A stretch of DNA of 64,000 bases from an uncultured bacterium (GCA_963744655.1 CAVUUJ010000002.1:926053-990052), one strand, 5' to 3'. Shown: positions 27,967 to 38,218, counted from the stretch's first letter. Notes: generated by a model not told the origin, from the letters alone. A program made the numbers and translations.

Positions 27967-28533
27967 ATGCTGAACGCGTCCGACCTGCGCAAAAACCTGA
28001 AGATCGAGATCGACGGCGTGCCGTACGACATCGTCGACTTCAACTTCGTCAAGCCCGGCAAGGGCCAGGCGATGTACAAGTGCCGCATCAAGAACCTGCT
28101 GAGCGGCGCCGTCACCGAGCGCACCTTCCGCGAGGTGGACAAGATCGGCAAGCCGGACCTCGACCAGCGCTCCGGCCACTACAGCTACGCCGACGGGGCG
28201 TGGTGCGTGTTCATCGACGAGGACACCTACGAGGAGATCCGCATCGGTTCCGACGTGCTGGGCAACCGCCGCTTCTTCCTCACCGAGGACATCCACGTCG
28301 ACATCCTGCTCTTCAACGGGCGCCCGATCGACGTGACGCTCCCGTTCTTCATCGAGAAGCAGATCATCCACACCGAGCCGGGCGTGCGCGGCGACACGGC
28401 CACCAACGTCACCAAGCCGGCCACGCTCGACAACGGCTACGAGATCCGCGTCCCGCTCTTCATCAACGAGGGCGACTGGGTGCGCATCGACACGCGGACG
28501 GGGCTCTACAGCGACCGCGTGAGCAAGGGCTGA
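27967..28533 (+). CDS. efp: Translation elongation factor P
   Basis: FVKPGKGQA loop (modifiable Lys), TEPGVRGDTA, KPATL..G....VPLFINEG..IDTRTG.Y..R. GGAGG RBS. Confidence 0.97.
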   Translation: MLNASDLRKNLKIEIDGVPYDIVDFNFVKPGKGQAMYKCRIKNLLSGAVTERTFREVDKIGKPDLDQRSGHYSYADGAWCVFIDEDTYEEIRIGSDVLGNRRFFLTEDIHVDILLFNGRPIDVTLPFFIEKQIIHTEPGVRGDTATNVTKPATLDNGYEIRVPLFINEGDWVRIDTRTGLYSDRVSKG

Positions 28534-28544
28534 GGCGCGGGGCC

Positions 28545-29456
28545 GTGCACGGCGCCGACACGGCGGCCGAAGCGCTCCGCGCGAAGCGGCCCGCGATGGA
28601 ACGCCGCGCCCGCCTCGCCGGCGCCGTGCGCGCGTTCTTCCGCGACGGGGGCTTCCTGGAGGTGGAGACGCCGGTCCGGGTGGCCGCCCCCGCGACGGAA
28701 CGGCACATCGACGCGGAACCCTCCGGCTCCCGCTGGCTGCGCACCTCGCCCGAGCTGCACATGAAGCGGCTGCTCGCCGCCGGCTGCGACCGGATCTTCC
28801 AGCTCGGCCCCTGTTTCCGCGCGGGCGAGCGCGGCGCGCACCACCACCCCGAGTACACGATGCTGGAGTGGTACCGGGCCGGCGCCGGCTACCTCGATAT
28901 GCTGGAGGACGCCGCGCGCCTGCTCCGCCGCGCGGCCGGCGAGACGTTCGTCTACCGCGGCCGCACGGTCCGCCTGGCGCCGCCGTGGGAGGTCGTGCCC
29001 GTCTCGGAGGCGTTCCGCCGCCACGCGGGATGGGACCCGGCGGAGGCATGGGACGAGGACCGGTTCGACGTGGACCTGGTGGACAAGGTGGAACCGGCGC
29101 TCCCGCGCGACGCGCCGGCGGTCCTGATCGACTACCCGGCCCCGGCCGCCGCGCTCGCCCGCCTCAAGCCGGGCGACGCCCTGCGCGCGGAGCGTTGGGA
29201 GCTGTACGTCGCGGGCATCGAGCTGGCCAACGCGTACACCGAGCTGACGGACCCGGCGGAGCAGCGGGCGCGCTTCGCGGCCTGCGCGCAGGCGCGCGCG
29301 GCGGCGGGCAAGCCGGCCTACCCGCTCGACGAGGCCTTCCTCGCCGCGCTGGCCCGGATGCCGCCCGCGGGCGGGGTCGCGCTGGGCTTCGACCGCCTCG
29401 CCATGCTCCTGGCCGACGCCCCGTCCCTCGACGGCGTGATCGCCTTCCGCGAGTAG
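28545..29456 (+). CDS. epmA: EF-P lysine aminoacylase (truncated LysRS paralog)
   Basis: FLEVETP, LRTSPELHMKRLLAAG, HHPEYTMLEWY, ERWELYVAGIELANAY.EL, GVALGFDRL. No anticodon domain, adjacent to efp. Start uncertain (GTG 28545 or ATG 28596). Confidence 0.92.
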   Translation: MHGADTAAEALRAKRPAMERRARLAGAVRAFFRDGGFLEVETPVRVAAPATERHIDAEPSGSRWLRTSPELHMKRLLAAGCDRIFQLGPCFRAGERGAHHHPEYTMLEWYRAGAGYLDMLEDAARLLRRAAGETFVYRGRTVRLAPPWEVVPVSEAFRRHAGWDPAEAWDEDRFDVDLVDKVEPALPRDAPAVLIDYPAPAAALARLKPGDALRAERWELYVAGIELANAYTELTDPAEQRARFAACAQARAAAGKPAYPLDEAFLAALARMPPAGGVALGFDRLAMLLADAPSLDGVIAFRE

Positions 29457-29470
29457 CCCCGGCGGCCCGG

Positions 29471-31633
29471 CTACTCGACCCGCACGCCCACGCAGGCGCG
29501 GCGGCCGGCGGCGTCGGCGCAGGCCAGGGTGACCGCGCCGGGCGCGAGGGGCCAGAACAGCGTTTCGCCCGGCGCGGCGGAGCCGAGCGGCGCGCCGTCG
29601 GCGAACCACCAGACCCGGCCCGTCGCGCCCCGCGCGCGGAGAGGCAGCTCCTGGCGGATTCCCGGCGCGTCCGGGAGCCGGCGGAAGACGGCGCCGTCCC
29701 GCGGGTCCTCGATCGCGAGCGGGGGCGGCGTTTCACGGACGCGCGCGGCCCCCGACGCGCCGGCCGGCGGCGGCGACACGCCGGGGATCGCGTAGTCCCA
29801 CGCGCGCGAGCGGCCCGCCACCCCCGCGGCGAGCGCGCGCCGCCGCAGGCCCGGCGGCGGGTCGAACCAGGGCCCTTCGCCACCGGGATACAGCGCCCGC
29901 AGCACGTCGTAGGCCAGCGGCGTGGCCCGGCTGCCGGCCAGGCCCGCCACGCCGCGGCCGTCGGTGCGCCCCAGCCAGACGGCGACCACCCACTCGGGGT
30001 TGTAGAGCACGGTCCACGCGTCGCGGTGCCCCGCAGACGTCCCGGTCTTCCAGGCCGCGCGCGGCATGCGCGCGTCGGCCACGTGGCCCGCCAGGTCCAG
30101 CGCCCGCTCCTCGCCGCCGAGGATGTCGGCCACCAGGAACGCGGCCTCCGGCGAGAGCACGCGGCGGGCCGCGCCGGCCGCGGTGGTCTCCAGGATCCGG
30201 CAGGGCCGCCAGAGCCCGAGCCGCGCCAGCCCCGCGTAGGCGTTGGCGAGATCGAGCGGCGTCACCTCGCCGCTTCCGACCGCGAGCGCGACGCCGTACG
30301 TCTCCGCCGGCCGGTCGAGCGTGGCCAGGCCGAGGCCGCGCAGTTCGCCGACCACGCGCGGCAGCCCGAGCTGCTGCACGAGGCGGACGGCGGGGATGTT
30401 GAGCGAGAGCACGAGCGCGTCGCGCGCCGTGACGGGGCCGAGGAACGACTCGTCGAAGTTCCGCGGCTCGTAACCCGGGTACCGCACAGGCTCGTCGCGC
30501 ACGATGCTGTCGGGCGCCAGGAGCCCCTCGTCGAAGGCGCGCGCGTAGAGGAAGGGCTTCAGCGCGGAGCCCGGCGACCGCCGCGCCGCGGCGGCGTTCA
30601 CCTGGCCCGCGGGCGACCCGCGGTAGTCGGGGGACCCGACGAGCGCGCGCACCGCGCCGGTATCCACCTCGAGCACGACCACCGCGCAGCCGTCGATGCC
30701 GTCGGCCGCAAGCGCGGGCCCGCGCAGGGCGACCCGCTCCTCGACCACCGCCTGCAGGGCGGCGTCGAGCGTGGTGCGCAGCGCCGTGCCGCCCGCCGGG
30801 CGGCCGGTGCGCGCGAGCACCAGCTCGCAGAAGTGCGGCGCGGCGAACGGAAGGGGATCGCGGCGGCCGCGGACCGGCTGCGCCGCGGCCCGCCGCCGCT
30901 CCTCCGGCGTGAGGAAACCGCACGCCTCCATGCGCTCGAGCACGTGGAGCTGGCGGGCGCGGGCCCGGGCGAAATGGCGGTCCGGGCGGTACCGCGCGGG
31001 CGACTGCGGCAGCCCCATCAGCAGCGCCGCTTCCGCGGCGCTGAGGTCGCGCGCCGCCTTGCCGAAGTAGCGGCGCGCGGCGGCCTCGACGCCGACGAGG
31101 TTCCCGCCCTGCGGGGCGCGGTTGAGGTACTGCTCCAGGATCGCCTCCTTGCCGAGGAGGCGTTCCATCTTCAGCGCGCGGACGAACTCCGCGATCTTCG
31201 TCCGCACCGTGCGCGGCGCGGGGTCGGTCATGCGGATGACCTGGCTGGAAAGGGTCGAGGCGCCGGAGACGATACGCCCGCCGAGGAGGTTCTGCCCCGC
31301 GGCGCGCAGCACGGCCAGCGGGTCCACGCCCGGGTGGAGGAAGAAGCGGCGGTCCTCGACGGCCACGAGCGCCTTCGCGGTCCATTCCCCGGCGTCGGCC
31401 AGCGCGACCGGCCGGCAGTCGAGGCCGCCCGGGCCGAGCCGCACGCGCAGGGGACGGCCGCCGCGGTCCAGCAGTTCCAGCGAGGCGGGGTAGCGCGCCA
31501 CGCGGTCCGCGTGCCACGGGACCGCCGCCCACAGCAGGGCGAAGCCCGCGGCGCCGGCCGCCGCCCCCCGCCATGCCGCCCGCCGGGCCCGGCGGCCCGG
31601 CGCGGGCCGCGCGCTGGGCGCGGCGCGTCTCAC
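29471..31633 (-). CDS. pbpC: Penicillin-binding protein 1C
   Basis: Transglycosylase EDRRFF.HPGVD and GASTLSSQ, transpeptidase SALK, SLN, KTG, C-terminal BiPBP-like domain. GTGA overlap with alpha-2-macroglobulin. Confidence 0.92.
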   Translation of the reverse strand: MRRAAPSARPAPGRRARRAAWRGAAAGAAGFALLWAAVPWHADRVARYPASLELLDRGGRPLRVRLGPGGLDCRPVALADAGEWTAKALVAVEDRRFFLHPGVDPLAVLRAAGQNLLGGRIVSGASTLSSQVIRMTDPAPRTVRTKIAEFVRALKMERLLGKEAILEQYLNRAPQGGNLVGVEAAARRYFGKAARDLSAAEAALLMGLPQSPARYRPDRHFARARARQLHVLERMEACGFLTPEERRRAAAQPVRGRRDPLPFAAPHFCELVLARTGRPAGGTALRTTLDAALQAVVEERVALRGPALAADGIDGCAVVVLEVDTGAVRALVGSPDYRGSPAGQVNAAAARRSPGSALKPFLYARAFDEGLLAPDSIVRDEPVRYPGYEPRNFDESFLGPVTARDALVLSLNIPAVRLVQQLGLPRVVGELRGLGLATLDRPAETYGVALAVGSGEVTPLDLANAYAGLARLGLWRPCRILETTAAGAARRVLSPEAAFLVADILGGEERALDLAGHVADARMPRAAWKTGTSAGHRDAWTVLYNPEWVVAVWLGRTDGRGVAGLAGSRATPLAYDVLRALYPGGEGPWFDPPPGLRRRALAAGVAGRSRAWDYAIPGVSPPPAGASGAARVRETPPPLAIEDPRDGAVFRRLPDAPGIRQELPLRARGATGRVWWFADGAPLGSAAPGETLFWPLAPGAVTLACADAAGRRACVGVRVE

Positions 31634-34600
31634 GGCGTCACCTCCAGTACCCCGCGGCCGTGCAGGCTGCGCTGTTCGGGCTGGTACATCCCCTCCGCGA
31701 GCGCGGGCGGCACGGCGAACCGGCCCTGCGTGACGGCGCGCACGGCGTAGAAGAAGCGCCGCTCTCCCCCGAAGACGCCCGTGAAGGCGATCATCCGGTC
31801 GTCGCGGCCGTCGACGTGCCGCACGGGCAGCGTCGACTTCCCGCGCGCCCAGGGCACGGCCTCGGAGGTCTTCAGGTTCGCGTTCTCGATCTCCAGCCCC
31901 GCGGGCAGCAGGTCCTCGACCACGAGGTTCGAGGTCGGGTCGCCCGCGGCCGCCAGGACCCACTCCACGACGAGCATCTCGCCCTGCCGCACGGGGCGGC
32001 CTTCCAGCGGGCGGCCTTCGGCGTCGAGGAACCGGCGGCGCAGGCGCACGAGGTGGTCCCCCTCCTGCGCCTCCGCGGCCTCCGCGGGTACGCCGGCGGC
32101 GGACCACGTGTAGTACATCGTCCCGGGCCCGTCGTTCTCCAGGACGACCCCCCCGTCGCCCGGCTCGTCGAACGCGAGATCCAGGCCGCCCTTCGCGTCG
32201 AAGCGCGCCGCCGGCTCGCCTGCGCGCCGGGCGGTGCCCGTGAACGGCTGCGCGGCGGCGGCGCGCCGGCGGCTGTACTTGCCCAGGGCCATCAGCGCCA
32301 TGGCGTTCTCCTGCGTCGTGTGCCAGCGGCCCTCGACGCGCGCGCCCTCCAGCCGCCGCGCGAGCTGCGGGACGATGCCGGCGCCGGGGTCCAGGTCGAG
32401 CCAGGCGGACAGCAGGAGCGCCTCGCTGCGCGTGGGCGAGTTGAGGTTGCCGTCGACCTCCCGGGGCGAGGGCGGCAGGGCGACGGGCCCCCAGGCCTCG
32501 AGCAGGCGCAGGGCGTCGCGGCGCCGGCCGGCGGCGGCGTAGGCCGACGCGAGGTGGAGGCGCACGGGGAAGTCGCCGAGGTCGAGCTGCTCCTCGATAC
32601 GGGCCATCCACCCGGGGTCGGGCCGGCCGCCCGCGGCGAGCACGAGACAGGCGTAGGAGCGCAGGCAGAGGTCGTCGCGCCAGGCGCGGCTGGCGAGGTC
32701 GCCCGCCTTCGGGGGGTTGCGCGCAAGCAGCGAGGCCGCGTAGTCCAGCGCCATCGCCAGGCGCTCCGCGGGCACCTCGTGGCCCGCCTTCCCGGCCTCC
32801 AGCAGGAAGAGCGTCGCGTAGAGCGAGCCCCACGGGTACGCGTCGCGCGAGTTGGGCCAGTAGGCGAAGGCGCCGCTGGAGGTCTGCATCGAGAGCAGCT
32901 GCAGGATGCCGCGCCGCACCATCGGTTCCAGGTCGACGAGCACGCGGCGGCCGCGGCGCGCGGCCGCGTACAGCTCCGGGAGGTAGAGCAGCGGGAAGGT
33001 GGAGGAGACGGTCTGCTCCACGCACCCGTACGGGTAGTGAAGCAGGTAGTCAAGGCTGCCCGCCAGCTGCACCGCGGGCATGCCGGAAGCGAGCACGCGG
33101 TAGGCGCCCGTGCCCGGCAGCCAGCCGGAGGGCAGCTCGATGCGCACCGCGGCGCCGGGGGCGACGGTGCCCGTGCGGGCGCGCACGATCCGGGGCGCGG
33201 CGGGGCGCACCGCCAGCTCGAACTCCTCCTCGTAGCGTTCGCCGCCCAGCTCCGCCTCGATGCGCACGATGCCGACCCCGGCCCGCGAGGCGGCCTCCAG
33301 GTCGTAGCCCAACCGCGCGCTCGCCCCGTCGGCCAGCGAAACCGCCGCGCCCGCCCCGGGCTCCGCCGCCACGGACAGGGGGCCGCGGGTCGACACGCGC
33401 ACGCGCGCCTCGCCGCCCGCGCCGGTCCGGTTGAACAGCTCGACCGGCAGGCGGCACCGGTCGCCCGGCGCCAGGAAGCGCGGCAGCGAGGACTGCACGA
33501 CGAGCGGACGCCGCACCGCGACCGCGGCCTCGCCGGCCCCGCACCGCGCGGCGTCGACCGCCACCGCCATGACGCGCACGCGCCCCGTGAACTCCGGCAG
33601 CTCGAACCGGCAGACCGCCCGGCCGTCCGGCCCGGTGCGCACGGCGCCCTGCCAGAGGGCCAGCGGCCGGAACCGGCGCGCGCGCACGGGGTTGAGGCGC
33701 CCGCGCAGCGAGACCGCCGCCTCGCCGCCCCCGGGCGCCGACCCGACCGACGGCGCCGCGTCCGCCTCAGGCAGCAACTCGCCGTAGAGGTCGTGCAGGG
33801 CCACGGCCAGCGCGCGGCGACCGAAGAAGAACGACCAGGGGTCCGGCGTGCGAAACCCGGTGAGCAGGCAGATGCCTTCGTCCACGACCGCGACGGCCAC
33901 CTCCGCCTCGACCCCCGCGCCCGCGGCGTCGCGCACGTCCAGCCTGACCTCCAGCGCGGCGCGCGGGCGGCAGACCTCCGGCGCTCCGACGGCCACCGCC
34001 AGCCGCGCGGCCTCCCGGTCCAGCACCAGCGGCACCGCGCCCGCCGCGCGGTGCGCGGCGATCTCGTCGCCCGCGCGCACCTCCCGGATGACGCTGACCG
34101 CGCACCACGCGTTGGGCGCCCAGGCCGCCTCGACCGGCAGCCGCACTTCCGCCGTGTTCTTCTCCATGCGCACGACGCGGGTGACGTGCACGCGGTCGGA
34201 TTCCACCGTGACCAGCGCCCGGCCCGCGAACGGCGAGCGGATCGCGAGGACCGCCTCCTCCCCCGGGCGGTAGCTCGGCTTGTCGAGGACCAGTTCGACG
34301 CGGTCGGGACGCTCGAGGGACGACGCGAGCCACTGCGCATCGGGCGAGCCGACGTACACGGGCTCGGAGGCCGACGCCCCGCTCCGGAGGTCCGACACGA
34401 TCAGCACGCAGGGGCCCGCGATGCCGGGCGTGAATTCGTGCCGCCCGCGGCCGCCGCGCAGGACCACGTCCGCCTCGTGCACGGGCGTGAGGCGCCGCTC
34501 CGACCGGTACACGAAGCGCCCGTCGGGCTCCTTGCGCAGGGCGCTGGACCACGAGGCGAGGCAGAGGGACACGTGCAGCGTGTCCGCGTCCGCGGGGGTC

Positions 34601-37041
34601 CCGTCGGGCCGCACGGCCGCGACCTCGAAGCGGAGCGGTTCCCCCGTGCGCGCCGCGCCGCCGGTCTCGCGCTTGAGCCCGGCGTAGAAGGGGTAGCAGT
34701 CGACGAGGCAGGACGTGTAGGCGCTGACCCCGCGCCCGCCGAGCTCGTTCACGGTGACCCCGAGCACGGCCTTGACCGCCGAGGGCGGCCGCCAGGCGGC
34801 GTCGGTGCCCACGTTGAAGAGCGCGCCGCCCTCCGCGTCGGTCGTGCCCTTGCCCGCGTTGCGCCAGGTGTTGCGGAACGTCTTCTCGCCGTCGCGGAAG
34901 ACGAAGCCGCGCCACGCGTCGTGCTCGAAATCGACGGGCACGAACTCGACGCGCGCGCTGGCGGGCAGCCCGCCCGCGGGCGCTCCGAAGAGGTGCCGCG
35001 CGGAGGCGGTGAGCCGCACCGTCTCGCCGGCGGTTGCCCGCTCGCGGTCGGCGGAGGCGGCAACCGTCATCCGGGGCGGGACGAACGACTCGAGCGCGAC
35101 GGCGGCCTGCCCGATCGGCGCCTCTCGGCCGGGCACCCGGAGTTGCAGCATGTAGCGGCCGGTGGGGTCCGTCTCGCCCCAGGCCACCTCGAATCCGGCC
35201 GTTCCGAGCGCGGAGAGCACCACCGTGCGCTCGAGCAGCGTCCTGCCGTCGGGCCGCACCGCGCGCAGGGCCACCGGGAACGGTTCCGGCGCCGCGCCGC
35301 CCGGCCCGCGCACCACCGCGCGCACGTGCGCGGTCTCGCCGGGCCGGTAGATCCCGCGGTCGGTGTGGACGAAGGCCTCGTGGCCCCGCGCCAGCCACGG
35401 CCGCCCCCCCGTGTCGCCCAGCCCCACGGGCCCGCCTGCCAGGCAGACGTAGGAGAGGTCGTCGCCGGCGCGGGCCGTGACGAGGAACGGCTCGGAGCCT
35501 TTGGGCCGCGCGACGCGCGCGAGGCCGTCGGCGTCCGTGCGCCCGCTCGCCAGCAGCTCGTTCTCCCCGGAGTAGACGCGGATCTCGGCCCCGGCGGCCG
35601 GCTCGAGGGTGCGGATCGAGTTGGCCCACACCAGCACCTCGCCGTGGGAGACCTTGGCGGCGAGGCCGAGGTCGGTCAGCACGACGAAGTGGTCCGCGGA
35701 AGGGCCCTTCGGCACGGAGGCCGTCAACCGGAAGGCGCCGGAGCGGCGGCTGCCGAGCAGGTCGTCCAGGCGGACCGCGGCGGCGGCCTCGGTGTTCGGC
35801 TCCGCGACGCACGCGACCGTGCCGGTGGCCAGCACCCGGCCGAGCCCGTCCTCCGGGCGGCCGTAGAAGTGGTGGTAGCGGCCGTGTTCGCGCATGGCGA
35901 AGGCCACCAGGTTCTCCGGCAGGACTTCCCGGAGCGTCACCCCGGCGCGCGGCACGTTCACCGCGGAGAGCGTGACCGCGCGCCGGCCCGCCGACGAGAG
36001 GTAGCGGCCCGCGGCGCGGAAGGCGAGCGAGGCGGGGCGGTCGGGGAAGGCGACCTGGCGGGTCACGTGCTCCTGCAGCGCGTGGCCCTGTTCCCCGGGC
36101 AGACCCCGGCGGAACGTGACGGTGTAGGTGCGCCCCGGCCGGAAGTCGCCGTAGAACCGGTACCGCGGACCGTCCCACCGGTGCGCCTGCTCGACCGTCA
36201 GCCGCGTGGCCGGTTGCACGTCGACAAAGGCCGCCGCGCGGTCCACGGAGACGGGCCCGGAAAAGCGCGCCTCCAGGTAGCCCTTCTCGAAGGCCCGGCT
36301 GACGGGCTCGATGTCGATGAGGGTCAGCACGCTGTAGAAGCGGATCGGCCGGCGCACCTCCGTCTCGAGGGGCTCGGGCCCCGCCGCGCTGCACAGGCCC
36401 GCGGCGATCCGCAACTCCCCTTCGTCGCGCGGCACCGGGCCGGTCCGCACGAGCAGGTCGGCCGCCGTGGCCTCGCCCGTGACACGGAAGGGGATGTGCT
36501 CCCCGCCGGGGGAAACAAGACGCATCGCGTGCTCCAGCGCGGCCGGCGAAACCGGCGCACTGAAGCGGAGCTGGAGCACGACGGAGCCGTCGGGGAGAAA
36601 CTCGCGCTGGTCGGCCCGCAGCAGCCGGAGCGGCGCCGAACGGAACGAGAAGCTCGCGGGCGGCGCCATGCGCGCGCCGGCGAGGCTGCGCCGCTCCCGG
36701 TCGAGGGTCGCGGTGAAGCGGCTGCACTCGGGCCACTCCCCGGCGGGGCGGAAGACCAGGCGGTCGGGGCGTTCCCACGCGAAGACGCCCGGCACCGCGG
36801 GCGAAAGGGCGACCGGCGCGGCGTCCGCCACGGGGCCCAGCGCCGCGGCGGGCACCATCGCCTCGGAGAACTCCCAGCTCACCGCTTCGGTCCGGCCGGT
36901 CAGCGTGGCGTTCTCGCCGGGGAGGAACGTCGCTGCGACGTACCGCACGCCGGCGCGCGGGCGCGACGTCCACTTCACCACGCCCCACGTGTTGACCAAC
37001 AGGAACAACACCGCGAGGACGAACCACCGGTTCCCGCGCAT
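31630..37041 (-). CDS. Bacterial alpha-2-macroglobulin (YfhM-like)
   Basis: TDRGIYRPGE, LDKPSYRPGE, VDEGI, LPRFLAPGD, thioester YPYGCVEQ, TTQEN, DLLPAGLE, RDDR, YAVRAVT.G, AEGMY.P. Start could be 37059. Confidence 0.93.
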   Translation of the reverse strand: MRGNRWFVLAVLFLLVNTWGVVKWTSRPRAGVRYVAATFLPGENATLTGRTEAVSWEFSEAMVPAAALGPVADAAPVALSPAVPGVFAWERPDRLVFRPAGEWPECSRFTATLDRERRSLAGARMAPPASFSFRSAPLRLLRADQREFLPDGSVVLQLRFSAPVSPAALEHAMRLVSPGGEHIPFRVTGEATAADLLVRTGPVPRDEGELRIAAGLCSAAGPEPLETEVRRPIRFYSVLTLIDIEPVSRAFEKGYLEARFSGPVSVDRAAAFVDVQPATRLTVEQAHRWDGPRYRFYGDFRPGRTYTVTFRRGLPGEQGHALQEHVTRQVAFPDRPASLAFRAAGRYLSSAGRRAVTLSAVNVPRAGVTLREVLPENLVAFAMREHGRYHHFYGRPEDGLGRVLATGTVACVAEPNTEAAAAVRLDDLLGSRRSGAFRLTASVPKGPSADHFVVLTDLGLAAKVSHGEVLVWANSIRTLEPAAGAEIRVYSGENELLASGRTDADGLARVARPKGSEPFLVTARAGDDLSYVCLAGGPVGLGDTGGRPWLARGHEAFVHTDRGIYRPGETAHVRAVVRGPGGAAPEPFPVALRAVRPDGRTLLERTVVLSALGTAGFEVAWGETDPTGRYMLQLRVPGREAPIGQAAVALESFVPPRMTVAASADRERATAGETVRLTASARHLFGAPAGGLPASARVEFVPVDFEHDAWRGFVFRDGEKTFRNTWRNAGKGTTDAEGGALFNVGTDAAWRPPSAVKAVLGVTVNELGGRGVSAYTSCLVDCYPFYAGLKRETGGAARTGEPLRFEVAAVRPDGTPADADTLHVSLCLASWSSALRKEPDGRFVYRSERRLTPVHEADVVLRGGRGRHEFTPGIAGPCVLIVSDLRSGASASEPVYVGSPDAQWLASSLERPDRVELVLDKPSYRPGEEAVLAIRSPFAGRALVTVESDRVHVTRVVRMEKNTAEVRLPVEAAWAPNAWCAVSVIREVRAGDEIAAHRAAGAVPLVLDREAARLAVAVGAPEVCRPRAALEVRLDVRDAAGAGVEAEVAVAVVDEGICLLTGFRTPDPWSFFFGRRALAVALHDLYGELLPEADAAPSVGSAPGGGEAAVSLRGRLNPVRARRFRPLALWQGAVRTGPDGRAVCRFELPEFTGRVRVMAVAVDAARCGAGEAAVAVRRPLVVQSSLPRFLAPGDRCRLPVELFNRTGAGGEARVRVSTRGPLSVAAEPGAGAAVSLADGASARLGYDLEAASRAGVGIVRIEAELGGERYEEEFELAVRPAAPRIVRARTGTVAPGAAVRIELPSGWLPGTGAYRVLASGMPAVQLAGSLDYLLHYPYGCVEQTVSSTFPLLYLPELYAAARRGRRVLVDLEPMVRRGILQLLSMQTSSGAFAYWPNSRDAYPWGSLYATLFLLEAGKAGHEVPAERLAMALDYAASLLARNPPKAGDLASRAWRDDLCLRSYACLVLAAGGRPDPGWMARIEEQLDLGDFPVRLHLASAYAAAGRRRDALRLLEAWGPVALPPSPREVDGNLNSPTRSEALLLSAWLDLDPGAGIVPQLARRLEGARVEGRWHTTQENAMALMALGKYSRRRAAAAQPFTGTARRAGEPAARFDAKGGLDLAFDEPGDGGVVLENDGPGTMYYTWSAAGVPAEAAEAQEGDHLVRLRRRFLDAEGRPLEGRPVRQGEMLVVEWVLAAAGDPTSNLVVEDLLPAGLEIENANLKTSEAVPWARGKSTLPVRHVDGRDDRMIAFTGVFGGERRFFYAVRAVTQGRFAVPPALAEGMYQPEQRSLHGRGVLEVTP

Positions 37042-37167
37042 GACGTGACGCATTGGCATACCCGCTCCCTCCCCTGCGGGCCGGTACCGGCCCGCGGCCC
37101 CGTTGTCGCGCGGGAATGCGGCAGGATTGCGGCAGCGGTGTGAAGAACCTCGGCGCGCCGGGCGCCG

Positions 37168-37710
37168 TCAGGCCCGCAGCACGCCGCGGTGGCGGAAGGC
37201 GAAGACGCCGAAGAACCACCACGCGAGCGCGAGCACGGCCCACGCCGCCGCGCGAAGCGGGGCGGCGGGGACGCCGGGCAGCAGGCCCGCCGTGATGAGC
37301 GCCGATTGGAGCAAGGCCTTCGTCTTGCCCATGCGGTTGGCTCCGATCGCCTCGCCCCGGACCGCGCCCGCCGCGCGCAGTCCGCCCTGGAGCAGCTCGC
37401 GGGCGAGGAAGAGGTGGGCCGCGGCCATCGGCCAGCGGCCGGCCGCGGCGAGCTCGTAGAGAAAGCCGAGGATCACGATCTTGTCGACGGCGGGATCGAG
37501 GTAGAGCCCGAGCGCGGTCTGCGCGCGCAGGCGCCGCGCCAGCCACCCGTCGGCGACGTCGGTGAGCATCGCGGCGAGGAACACGGCCGCCGCGGCCCCG
37601 GGCCGGCCGCGCCGCAGGCAGGCGATGGCGAGCGGCAGGGCGGCCAGCCGCGCCAGGGTGAGCGCGTTCGGCAGCCAGCGGAGCCGCGCGGCGGGTTCCC
37701 GGCCGGTCAT
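37168..37710 (-). CDS. CDP-alcohol phosphatidyltransferase (PgsA-like)
   Basis: LPNALTLAR, TDVADGWLARR....TALG.YLDPAVDK, RE, GKTKA..Q. Confidence 0.88.
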   Translation of the reverse strand: MTGREPAARLRWLPNALTLARLAALPLAIACLRRGRPGAAAAVFLAAMLTDVADGWLARRLRAQTALGLYLDPAVDKIVILGFLYELAAAGRWPMAAAHLFLARELLQGGLRAAGAVRGEAIGANRMGKTKALLQSALITAGLLPGVPAAPLRAAAWAVLALAWWFFGVFAFRHRGVLRA

Positions 37711-37784
37711 GCGCCCAGCATGCCGTCCCCGCCGCCCGCGGGTCAACCCGGGCCGCGCCGCGCCGGCGCCCGCACCAGGAACAG

Positions 37785-37822
37785 GACACCCCGGAACGGG
37801 CTCCTGCCCGTTTCGGGGTGTC
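37785..37822 (-). terminator. Long hairpin downstream of Cys-rich protein gene (probable intrinsic terminator)
   Basis: 16-bp arms GACACCCCGGAACGGG / CCCGTTTCGGGGTGTC (one mismatch), 6-nt loop, 21 bp past the stop codon. Weak U-tract (CTGTTCCT). Confidence 0.65.
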
Positions 37823-37843
37823 GCGACGGCGCCCACCGACGCG

Positions 37844-38218
37844 TCAGTCGGTCGCCTTCTCCCGCTTGCACTTGCAGGACCCGGTGCCGCGCATGGCGCA
37901 CGCGGCCTTCGGCTTGCAGCAGGCGTCGGCACCTGCGATCTGCCCGCACTTGGGGCAGAGGGCCGCGTCCTCGCCGGCCTTCATCTTGCAGCAACCCGGC
38001 GAGCCCTTGTGCAGCCCGCACTTCTCGCACACGGCCGCATCCTTGGCGCAACAGCCTTCCGATCCCTTGATATCGCCGCACTTGCCGCAGAGCGTCTGCG
38101 GCTGCGGGGCGGCGACCGCCGGGGCCTCCGCGCTCGTGACGCTGACCGACATACCCGCCCAGGCGGCTCCCGCCGCGACGGCGAGCACGAGGACGGCCGT
38201 ACCGATGGAATGCTTCAT
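37844..38218 (-). CDS. Small secreted cysteine-rich repeat protein (124 aa, 15 Cys)
   Basis: Signal MKHSIGTAVLVLAVAAGAAWA. Repeats LCGKCGDIKGSEGCC, VCEKCGLHKGSPGCC, LCPKCGQIAGADACC. GGAG RBS. Confidence 0.8.
   Translation of the reverse strand: MKHSIGTAVLVLAVAAGAAWAGMSVSVTSAEAPAVAAPQPQTLCGKCGDIKGSEGCCAKDAAVCEKCGLHKGSPGCCKMKAGEDAALCPKCGQIAGADACCKPKAACAMRGTGSCKCKREKATD

Noticed and set aside
31573-37143. Giant ORFs antisense to or overlapping real genes (e.g. 31573..37143, 14992..18831, 53840..58597, 58528..63660)
   Set aside because: These are stop-poor shadow frames expected at very high GC. They have no motifs and lie opposite well-supported genes.
37844-38218. Multiheme cytochrome c
   Set aside because: The motifs are CxxCG, not CxxCH.
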